Origin: Pocillopora damicornis
Taxonomy: Eukaryota
Assembly (NCBI RefSeq): GCF_003704095.1
Contig: NW_020846122.1
Location: forward strand, 310,001 to 374,000
Length of the DNA: 64,000 bases
Direction: 5' to 3'
Position 1 is the first letter of the stretch; each line of letters starts with the position of its first letter. This document shows positions 11,804 to 23,800 of this stretch, in pieces. The notes under the pieces were generated by a model, which made no database searches, had not been told where the DNA came from, and saw only the letters and a program-made list of their open reading frames with translations. Position numbers and translations under genes: made by a program.

Positions 11804-14800
11804 ATATAACAGGGTAATTTAGTGTTATCAACTGAGTTGATAACACCAATTGGCCATCGTAAAGAGTTTAAAGGCAAGACTCTTTACGGTGGCCAATTTA
11901 CGTTATCAACTCGGTTGATAACATTAAATTACCCTATCATTTGGTTTTATCAACTGAATTGATGGTGTAAATTGGCCATGGTGGAAAATTCATGTTATTA
12001 ACTCAGTTGATTTAACCTACTGAATTATCTTGTAACACTCCCACCGACGCATGCGCAGCACCACAGTTTTCTTTTATAAACCAGCCCCTTTATAAAAGCT
12101 CAGTAGTCCGTTTCGATATGAGGTAAAAAGAACTGTTTTAAATATAGCATAAGCGGCTTCTCCATATCCTCGGTGTAAAGGAAGGGCTAGAAGACATACC
12201 CAGACCTTAAACTCCGTATTTCACCGCACTTATCATTATACCAACACGTCCTCTGCAGGTCCACCTATAAAATCGAACTTCTTTATTTTGCCTTGAGAAT
12301 TCAAAAGTGTTGGGAATGGATTCACTGTGGTCAGAGTATCCCAACATGCGCCTCAGAATATTGTTTTACCTTGTCATAGAGATCTTGATAGCCATTGGAC
12401 ACACAATCACTGAAGTCAGGCGGCATCCATCTTGAATCAGCTTCGCAACGCCGTCTTACAAAACCTAAAAGGTTTAAAAAAGATCAACGAAACGATCATT
12501 ACACGAAATGCAGATATCTGTAGTTTGAAATAACAATAACAATGGTAAGACAGATCATGTGCATCAGTTTTTCTATTCAGAAATACCTTTTGCGCCGCGT
12601 GGGCATGGATGGGCAGAGAAACGCCCAGCAATCGTTTTCTTCCACAATATTCCAAGAGCCTTTTCCATATCACAGACTTCGCGAATTCCTAAAATAAAGA
12701 CAGAGGAAAACGTCCTTTTTATGTGATTACTTAAGTTGTGGCGATGATATTGTGACCGAATGAGAACAAAAAGCTTTCAGTGAGCATCGAGAAGCGAAAT
12801 GGTGCAGAAGCATTCAACAAGCGTCTCGTCATACAACATAACAATTCCACTCGTTTCCAGTTACACAAGTAACAATACATTAAAATAATTTATATTAATT
12901 GTGGTTTAAGGTTTGAAATAGACGACACGTTACTGCAACAATAGCAAATGCGGAAGTAGTGATTAAAATAAGGTCTGAAAAATAATAAGGCTTCAACAGA
13001 ATTCAATACCTTGACGGTTAAAGGTCTAAGGTTCGATAAGTAAATCTTTTTTCTTTGTCCCACCTTCGTGAAAAGACAAAAAAACCTTTTCTTGAGTAAC
13101 AATCATTTAGAGGTCTGCTGCGTAATAAAATTACCTGAAGGAGAGACTTTGTCGTCCCATTCATCGTTCCCATCTTGATCTTGATCGTCTTAAACAGAAA
13201 TGATTTAGTGCTTAGGATCTGTGGTCGTATGCGACCTTTACTTTAACTCTGTAAAAACTTTGCATCCCCAAAAAATATTTCATAAAAAGATTTCGATGAC
13301 AATTGGTTACCTTTTTCTTCGTCACTTAAATGCCTTTTCACAAAACACATCCGAGGACTGAATATATCATCCAGGGACTCGGTGGTCTTGCACGAATCTT
13401 TATCAAAGCAGTTTACGAGAAAGCAAGTCTCTGCAGACTTAAAAGCCAGGTCGCATGTCTTCGTCTGACAGCACCTCTTGATACACATCTCGAAGTCGCC
13501 CACGTCGCCAATGTTGGTAAAGTTTCCCGCCTTTTTCCCTCGCAGTAAAGTGACGTCGTCTGTTGTCTTACCCGCCATGCAAATAGGAGCCCGGTGTTTC
13601 CGATGTTTCTTTCCTGTTTCTGTTTGAAAAAATATCGGGTTAGCTAAATATAGAAGAGAGTAAATTTTGAGCTCGAACGTTTTAAAATCCCAGTAGTACA
13701 TAGAAAGTGCGCCCCATATGAGCCTAATTATGACGCGGCTCTCCACAAAGATCTCTGTAGCTCAGTGGTAGAGCGTCAAAGCGCGGATTTCGGAAGTATG
13801 AAGTTCGAATCGCTAGGGGGAGTCTTAATCTTTCTTTGTCCACGAACGTGAAAAAACTAGAAAAACATTTTAATTTAAACCAGGTAAGTTCTGAACTCAA
13901 ACAATCTACTTTTTACAAGAAAACTTTCTTGGGTTTCCAAAATAAAAAAATGCGTATACTTCCTATATAGCTTTTTTCCTAACAAGAAAACAATCAATGC
14001 TATTCTCAGAACTGTCTCCTGACACAAGATTACTTTAGTTTCATTATTCCACCATTGGTGGCCCTGTTACAGGCATATAACTCGTACAAACTGAAACAAA
14101 AAAATCAACCGTAGGGGCTAGTGAGACCTAGTTTGCTTTCTTCATTCTAATCTCATCTTCCACCTATGTGTAACAGGTTCATGAATCAAAGGGTGTGTGG
14201 AGGATCCTGACTCAGGTAGCATAACAGAGTCAAAACATCTACCTGAAGAATCATCGGATTGAGAGACGTCTCCAAAGTTTGGTGCTGCTGCTGGAGTGTG
14301 TTCAGTGGTTGTCTGAGTGGTTGGCTTGGCAGTAGTTGTGGAGCTCTTTAGTGTGGGCGCTGTAGGCTTGTTGGTTCGATTTCCAGCCGCCTGTTGTGGA
14401 TTGGTACGATCTCCTGTCGTTTTATTTGTGACTTGGTTGGAAGGAGGTTTGGGTGGGGTATTGGTTGTTTGCGGCGTTAGACTGGCATGCTGCGAGGTGT
14501 TTCCTGTAATAATGGGGGACGGGTATAGCTTTAGGGACCAGAACTTAGAATTTTAGAGTTTCTGGAAAGTATCAAATATTTAAGGTATAAAGCTTTCTTT
14601 GGTCAGGAAGTACTCTACCACTGAAAGATAATCATTATACTTCGTCGAATAGGAACATAAATGGGAAAGAACGGAAAGGAATTGATGGTATATTGACACA
14701 AGCAGTCTTCTACATTGGGGCTCTGGATTTAAGTAGATGAAAAATAATACAATGCTCTACCTTGAGAACTTGTATTTTTTTCAGCTTGTCGATCCTCGCT

Positions 14801-17800
14801 CCTATTCGCAGGCCGTAAGATCTCTGACTTTTTCTTTCCATTTTTTTCTTCGTTGAAAAATCCATCCAGGCGGTTTCTATCTTTCAATTGATCCGTGGTG
14901 GTCAAGTTTGTCTTGGGAACTCCATCTTTGTTGGTAGTCGCATTGTGCAATATGTCTTGTTTGACAGTGGGAGCAACTTTGCTTGGTCGAAGGCCGGAAG
15001 TTGATGGAGGAGTGTTCAACTTATCCATAATTTTTTTGATCTGGTTGATATTTGTTGGGCCTGAAACTTGCGATGAAGAACCAGCTGGGTATTTCGGGCG
15101 ATTTGTAGGGTGAAACTTAGTCTGATTAAAAACTTTATTGAAGTTTTGTTGAGCAGGAGGAATATATTGTGATTGAACTCCTGTTGATTGTTGTCCACCA
15201 TCCTGCTTGGTTGCATTGATATTTCTCCACCGCTGCAACCCAGGTGCGGATGGGTTTCTCTGTGGTCCGTAACCACCCTGTTTTAAGTGAGGAGGGGGCC
15301 CATTTTTACTCCAGTCATTGTATTGTTTTTGGTTTTGATCCTCGCGCCCTGCGTGTCCTTGACTAGGATATTGATCTGAGGACCAGTTATTTTTCCCAAA
15401 GCTGTTTTGCGTCTGATCGGGTGGCTTCCACTGTGGATTTGTTGGTTGCCAACGGTTTGATGGATCTTCAGGATAAGGGGTAGGTATCGGTGGCATGCCA
15501 TTGTTGTAGTAAAATTTATTCCACTGGAAGTCTACAGGTTTGTTATCTTGAGATGCTGGCCAAGACGATTTTCTATTCCAGTGCTCGTTATGCGGGTACC
15601 ATCTAGAAGGTTTCGGTCTCCATCTATCATAGTTACCGTGGTGCTCTCTACGCCATTCAGAATATGAACGAAATTTAGACCTTGGCTTATAGTATCCATA
15701 TGGAGCTCTAGAATTGTGATAGTTGTAATTATAATAGTAGGGGTTTTGATTTCCATTACCCCAAAATTCATAGCTTTGCCTATGCTTACGATGTTTGTGC
15801 TTATAATGATTACGTCCCTGGTATTCCTGATTACCTTCACCACCATAATATTGATCGTCATCATCATTATTAGCATTGTAAACGCGCATCGACGCCGAAG
15901 AATCAAACGGGCCCCCAGTACCCTCAAAATCGTGTTGGTCTTTCTCATAGAAGTGATGGTGGTTCTTCCGGTGCCACTTCTTCCAGTGCCTCGGCTTGTG
16001 TTTGGAACCATGATCATAGTGCATCTCGTGGTCTCTGTTATCCTCGTACGGTTTCTCATCTTCATCTATCAGCCGGTGGTTGTGCGCTTGTTCATGTCTG
16101 TATGGAACATCTCCATTTTCATACTTATTCCCTTCAAAATCTTCTTTATTTTTCCACGCAACGCTATCGTCTTCAGGAAAGTGATGAAACTTTTCGTGAT
16201 GATGCTTTTTGTGTTTCTCTTCTCCAGATTCATCATTTGGTCTGCGTTCCTCAATTCTATCACGAGAGGGAATCTCTTCTATTTCCTCACGCTCTTTTTG
16301 ATAATCAGGGATATGTTCATCGATATGTTCCAGGTTTCTTCCATTATCGTCTTCGTTATTCCTTAAAGGATCCCGTTCATATGCTTCCTTATGCTCGTTA
16401 TGTTCCCTATACTCTTCTGTCGTCTTGTCATTTTTCCATTCCGGGCGTTTATGATGATAATGGTACTGTTTATGACTCCTTTGAAATTGTCTTTCATGGT
16501 TATCATTATTAGTTTCTTCATTTTCACCTTCTGCTTCATGATATTCCCTCCATTCCTTCTTCCTCTCTCTGTGATAAATCTTGGATTTTCTGAAATTTCG
16601 TCTATCATGTTTCAAGTTATTCTCCGCCTCAACGCCAAAATGATCACTATTATCATCGTCACTTGCCTTAGATTCAAAATGAGATTCATGGTGCTTGTGT
16701 CTAGATTCCCAATGTTTATGGTAAAAATGAAGTTTGTGATATTCCTTACGATTTCTATTTTTATGATACTCTTCCTCGTTGCTAGCATGTTCTTGTTCAT
16801 GGTAGTTGTGCTTATTCCAGTGTCCGTCAGCATCATGACTTTCCTCTGTTTGATTAGCTTCGTCTTCGTCCTCGTCTTCGGAATCGTCCCCTAAAACTAC
16901 TCTATTATTTTTCTTTCTTTCACTACCGTCGCTATGGTCATGTGCATTATCTTTGTCTTCCTCATTAACTTTGTCGTTGTCTTCTACCTCATCACTGTCA
17001 TCCTCTTTTTCTTCTTGCTTGTTTTCAGAAGATTCATCGGAATCATCGCCATTATCTTCATCGTGAGATGCCCTATGCCGACCTTTTTTAACCACTTCAT
17101 AATTTACGTCTGTTTTCTCTTCTACCCTTTCCTCTTTTTTCTTGTGAGTGTTCCCTCTGTGACTTGTTTGCTTTTTATCATTTTCGTCATCGTCATCACC
17201 CTCATGATTGTCATTAGATTTTTCCTTAAAATGTTTTTGCAGTTTTCTATTTTTAGTATCCTCGTCGCTATCGCTGTCCATTTCGTGCGCCTTAAAGGAA
17301 TTTTTCCGGTTATGGTGATTTTCTCGTGTTTCAGAGCGGTCATCATCGTTTTGAATTTTATGCTTGTGACGGTGATAATGTCGCTTCTTGGCATGGTCTT
17401 TGCTATACGTTATTTTTACTCGTCCAGGAATAACTTTTCCCTGCCAATGATTGTCATCATATTTTATTTTGGGTATATGGTCGTGATCCTTATGCTTATG
17501 GTGGCGTCGATGTTTCATCTTTTGATCATCACTTGAACGATCACTTTCGTCTCGTTCAACATGGTGGTGTTTTATATGCTTCCTAGCCTCCCTGTTATCC
17601 TCACCATCTTCTTCGTTGCTTTCCTTCTTTTTATGATGCAGATGTCCCTTATGTGCACTATGATGGTGATTCTCGTCTTCGTAGTCTTTCCGTTCCACAG
17701 TATTGGCATTATCATGATGCCTATGGTGATGACGCGATTTGCGCTCAGCATTTCGGTGACCATCTTCTTCTCTGGAGGTTCCCTCTTCATCTTCCTCGTT

Positions 17801-20800
17801 GGCATCTTTATCCTTTTCCTTGTGGGAATGATGATGGTGTCGATGGAGTTTGCCTTTGCTCGTTGCCTCACTTTGGTCTTTCTGTTTGTAGAACGATCCT
17901 TTAGCGTCATCATCTTCATCGTTACCATGGGAGTTGTGTTTCCTCTTTTTCTCTGTTCTACTATTATCATGGTTTTTGTTGCTTTTACTTGCATGTTTTT
18001 TATCTTTTCCCTTCGACTTCTTGGGTAAGTCCTTGTGAGGAATATCATTTGACATCATTATATCAAAATCAGCGTCTCCTAAGTCGTCCAAATCAACAGT
18101 TAAACGGTGCTTACTGCTAAGTTTATGGTGCTTTTCACTGGATTTAACTGAAAAATCGATACCATTACTACCACCACTATCGTTCACAAAATGACCCACG
18201 AACGTAGCCTTGGCGTCAGAGGCGTTGCTGTTGCTGCGTTGCTTTGCCGATATATTTACGTGGGAAGTATTTGTTTTTAAAGTATTTATGAATTGATGGG
18301 GCGAAAATGTAATGTGGGAGACAAATGAACGGTTTTCTTTAGAAGATAAGCTCCCTTCAGTAGAGGACAACATAAGGTCTTGATGAATACTGCCTTTTGA
18401 GTCCTTTATACGGTTTCCTTTCTCTGAGGTCGTGGTCGGTAGATGAAATATCGGCGCCCTCCGTCCATGCATACTATTTTGCTTCTTATGTGCGACATGA
18501 GGTTTTCGATGAAAACGCGGAACGTTGTTTTGCAGTGAGTCCTTTGGACTGGTCCCGTACTTTTTATCAACTTTCTTATGAGCCATTACTTTTATCGATG
18601 AACTGACTTTCTGTGCCGTTTTACCTTCAACATTGGAGCCGTTACGCCCGGCTATAACTTTTAGCGTTGTTTTATGCCTAACGGACACTTTCCGATGGGC
18701 ATATTGCATAAGATCACCAGTGTCCTTTATTGTGTAGTTGACATTTGACAACCTACTTTTCGTTTTCGTGCGACCCACTTTTTTGTTTCGCAATGTTGTA
18801 GGCTTCTCATTGTTTTCTGTCAAGGGTTTAACTTTGCTTTGTAAGCGGTGGCCTCCCTGGAATCCCACAAACTCTAGAGATTTCCGTTTCTTTTGGTTGA
18901 TTGCTTGATAACCCTTTCCCATCGATTTTTCCAGACTGGCTTTGCCATTAAGTTTTACCTGTTTTGCTTGATAATTCACAGTCAAGCCCTTCGTTGATGG
19001 TCTATGTGAAGTCGCATTGTCTCCTGTTCGAATGACCTTAGCTTTTCCTTTGCTACGGCGGCTAATTGATTTACCCTTGCGAACTATTCCCGTAGACATT
19101 GCTTTAGGAATAATCTGTGACGCCGTAGAGTTTGCTGCATTTCTGTTAACCTTGTTCCTTTTGATGATTATATTATGCTTATTACCCTCATTCCGTGCTC
19201 CATGAAAGAGCAACGGCTTAGTAGCTATGTCTGCAACGTTGTCTTTTGTTTTCATGAGTCGCCCAGACGAATTTCGGTCACTAGGCTTGGTGTGTTTCAC
19301 TGTGCTATTGACTGATTTCATCTTCGAACGCTTGTGCCCATCTTGAATTCTTTCCTTCCTTACCATCTTGTTGGTTAACAGTTCTGTCCTACCATAATTT
19401 TTCCTTTTCTTGGGATTTAACTTAGCTCTGACATTACTTGCTTTAACATCATGGCTTTCCGGTCGCAATTTACGTGATACTTTGGAACTTGATTGGTTCT
19501 TTATTTTACGAGACTGTTTTAAATCAAAGTGAACTTTCCTAGATTTCATTCTTTTATCTTTTCCTTTTTTGGTGTTCGGGTCCTTCTTTATACCAGACAC
19601 TATGACACGAGGAACTTTTACAACTTTCTTCGAGGTTTGCTTACTATGCACGCTGCTCTTATCTCCATCTGATCCAAGTTCTTCCAAATCTTTAATGAGA
19701 TCAATCTTTTTTCTCGCCATGTTCCCGTTTTTGTCTTCTCCCTGATACAATTTTGGCTTTGTTACATCATGATTTATCTTATATGGCCCATCCCCTTCTT
19801 CCGTGGAACCTACTTCACTTTTTCTACCGTTTTTTCCACTTTCATCTGAATTTTCTGCATATCCACCCACTCCAATATCACTTCCACTCAGGTCGGCATC
19901 ACTCAAATGATGTTCAACCGAACCATCGTCTCTCAGCACCTTAGCATTTTCCATTAAATCACTGCTATGCTTGCTCGAATCGCCACCACTACTATTCAAA
20001 TATTCATGGTTCCCACTCACATCGTCTTCGCCTACTCCACTGAAATCATCATGTACACTGAATCCATGTTCTTTATCGAAATATCCCTGATCTCCACTGA
20101 TATCGTCAAATCCACTTACTCCACTGAAAGCATTATGTCCGCTGAATTCACGGTCTTCTCCAGAATATCTGTGATCCCCACTGATACCATCAAATCCACT
20201 CAATGAACCTTCATCAACACGAGAGTTTCCTTCGTCCGTCCCCCCCACTAGACGTGCAGTGGACCCCTTGTGATGAGTATCGAGCCTTTTCGTACCAATT
20301 TCAAAACCTCTATCGCTTATTCGTGATACCTTTGAACTTTTCCTGCTGGGTTTCATCGCAGTAGTTGTCCTTGTAATTAGCTTCAGATTTTTGACATAAT
20401 GCTTTCCTTTAGGGTTTTCACCAGTTTCTATACTTTGAGTTCCTCGTCTGGTTTCAGCAGCCTTCCAAACTTTTACTGTTGGCTTTATTTTTGTAAATTT
20501 TCCACCTTTAGAGGGGCTCACCCTTTGCGCGAGTGTTGAGCTTAAGTGTTTCGTCAAACTTTTGTTGTTGGAATATATTTTGAATGCTCTGTTTTTGGAA
20601 AATGAAGGAGTCCCTGAAGGAGTCCTTCTACTTGCAACGCCTTTGAAATGAAATGGTACACCTTTTGTCTTAATATCCTTAGTAGTAGGAAATTTGGGAT
20701 GCTTAGTTCTTGATTGATTTGATAGATTTTGTTCATGCCCCATAGCAGTGGGCTGTGCCTCATGTTTTGTAGGTCCCATTGTCGGTATCCTCTTTGAGAA

Positions 20801-23800
20801 TACACTCTCCTTGGCTTTTGCGATTGTTTTTTTTGTATTTGAAAATATTTTGCCAACCTGTGACGTTTGTAGGTTGCCGTTGACTTCAGTTGGCCGAAGC
20901 CTAGGCAGTTTTGTATCTGACGACTTTATATCGCTGTCGTCGGAACCTATATCATCTGGATCTTCATCTCCATCATCCAAGCTTCTAGAAATCTCTGAGA
21001 GAAATAAATTGTTCATCAGTAAATCCAAATTTATACGCAAATGGTAAAGAATTTTACCTTTCCGTGGTACCAAGCAGTTAAAATACGGTTCAAATATTCT
21101 CTACCTTCGACGTTATTTGTCAGAAAGTCTATGGAGGGTCTGCTAAAAAAGCGGCGATGTAATTATAATGCTCAACAATATGCTGTGAAAATCGATTAAA
21201 GAACAGATTGATGCTTTTCTGAGTTCTATCTTGTATGTTTGTATAAATGGCTGGGAATTTCACCAGCTTTCCCACTACAATACAAACCCTCGAAGCAGAA
21301 TTAAAGCATATAAACACAGAAAAAGTGTCTTTGCTTTATGCTTTTTGCTTTTTTTTGACGATAACATCTGGTATTTTCTTTCTGGGGCTACTTCTGTTTG
21401 CTTCATTGCTTTCGTAGTGCGATATAAATATATATTCAATATCGAAAAAGAGCTTTGCCTTTAACCGCTCTACGGTTTGCAACGATATTGCACGGAACTC
21501 ATATTGACTAACCTTTATTTCGATCAATAATAGCGATTTCTAAACCAAGCGTAGGTTCTCGTGTACTATTTGTGCTGTTGCTATCAGCTGGTACACCAGT
21601 AACGCCATAACACTCTTCATCTTCGATGAAAGAGAGCAAGCATTCACGTGATCTACAGCACTGCGTATTGCATTGGCCTTCATCTTCCGACTGCTGAGAA
21701 AATTTGTAAAACTCGCGAGTTGTTCTGGCAGGGAGGAGAAGGACATGAAAGCTGGGTACAAAGCGTTTTGGACACCTCGGGTTGGTGACTTGTGACGTGT
21801 GCCTGATAAAGTCTGTTGTTCCTATAAGTAAAATTCAAATATAATTTCATTGAGTCGTAGTGCTAATATCCAATAATAAAATCAAAACGGGTAAGAAAAT
21901 AATACGTTTGTGACACGAAAAAGACTATGGTTTATAGGAAATAAAATTGTTGTTTGGATTCCATTTAGGAATAAAATCATACGTCAATAAATGCATGCGT
22001 GTTGAGCTTAACCAGGTAACCCTGCTATTTTATGTGATTAAACTGGTAGCTAGCAGCTGTCGACGGTTATCTTGCAGTGCTTTACTTATCGGTGGCAGAG
22101 AAAATTAAAGGAGGTTTCTTTACTAAAAGGCACTTAATGATTTAATTACGAGACTGTAAGAGTGCTCATATTCTCTAGGTGTCAGGAGAGCAGAGGTGGG
22201 ATTTTTCATTTGTAGACGATCACGATGCACCACCTGAACCGGTGTCAATTAATAATTTCACACCAATGTCGAAGCGTACTGGTGATAATAATTACTTTTT
22301 ACAATTTTATGGTATCCTATCGAAACAAAAGGAGAGGAATGGGGTAGACATGTTTGGGATTGGTTAGCAGTTGAATTTAAATCTCAAACTAGGCGATGCG
22401 CTGACGATGCTTAGATACCAAAATGAATAAAGTACTTATCGGTAGACTTCAAAAAAAGCCTGGCGTATTAAGTTTATTTAGTCACTCTTTACGTCTAGCG
22501 TAGGTTCAGTCTTTTGATTTATGTGCGATTTACAAGAGAATTCAGGTCCTACCCGAGGACAAAATTTCGGTATTAGACAGGTTGCATTTTATCAAAATGT
22601 CTTTCAACTACAAGAATTTTAACGCATACATCAAAATATTTGGCACACTCGTCTGTTTTAGGATCACCTCGAACCGCTTCGTTAGTCCTGGAGATCCTTG
22701 AGACGTGTGTTTGAGAGATTTTGTATAGTGCCACCTGTCCGAGCGATAAAATCCTTTCAAAATATTTCACGCAATTTAGCATTTCAATAACACTTTCACT
22801 TGAATAATTTGCACTCTGGCGTGTTTTTCTTCGCAAAGCAAAGTACAAGCCCCCTCAAAAAGCGCGTACATTGCCGTCCGTCTGAGGTTAAAATCTGCAA
22901 TCGTTTATTCTTCCTAAAGTAAGTCTTTCTACGCCAACTGATGAAATAAAAGTAACCCCATCTAACCGTCGTTTTCAACCTTGAAATTCGACCAAATATT
23001 ACAAGGCTTCAAATATGAGAGGAAAAATAGAAACCTAACGCATCCAGAAAATGATCAACAAAGCCTTCGAATGTCGAAAACGTCAAGTGACTTAAATATT
23101 TAAGAGACTTGAAATGTCTTGCAAAAGCCTTGAACAACCCAATCCAAAATGTTATCTTTTAAGATTCCATTTTCCTCATCTTCACGGACGTTTTGATTCT
23201 TTTAATTCCTTGACGATGGCACTCGAAATCTGAGCCTCTTCGCCAATTTTTTTCTTTTGTTCCAAGAAATGTTTATCTGCTTGATTAATTTGATGTGCTG
23301 CAGGCCAAATGTGTACTTTTTGTCGTTTCTGACACTACTGGCAATCGTATAGACTAATCACAATAAGGCTGTGATTGCTGTGGTTGACGTACGTGGAGCA
23401 GTTGGGGAAGGACTGAATTGAATCAAACGATAACTTAAACCTTCCCAGCGTACTGGGGAAGCACTGCATGCACTCATTTTAAAGAAGTCTTTACGTTTAT
23501 TGAAATGAATCAACAACCGAAACATTTTTTATTGTGACGATGAGGAAACTTAATCAGTTTTTCTCCGTCTACCCTCTGGAACGTCAATGAAAAAAATCAA
23601 ATGACAGTTAGCGCTTCGCTTCAAGACACGAGTTGGTTTTTCTTCCACTAAACTCACCTCAAATTGGCATATGGAGTTTTTTGGAGGACGGAAAACCGTG
23701 AACCCGTCGGAAAACATTATAGCTATGACGAGAACCAACAAAAAAACGTGATTTGAAGAGGGAACACCTCTTGGATAAGATCATATACGCCTTTTCCTCT

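Noticed and set aside
14895-21047. Many 60-216 aa hydrophobic or Met/Ile/Thr-rich ORFs overlapping the giant exon on both strands
   Set aside because: Shadow frames produced by the His/Asp/Glu/Lys codon bias of the real minus-strand exon.
22573-23340. ORF-like stretches in intron 2 of the GAIN gene
   Set aside because: Short, interrupted by stops, no recognisable domain, and not needed for a phase-consistent model.
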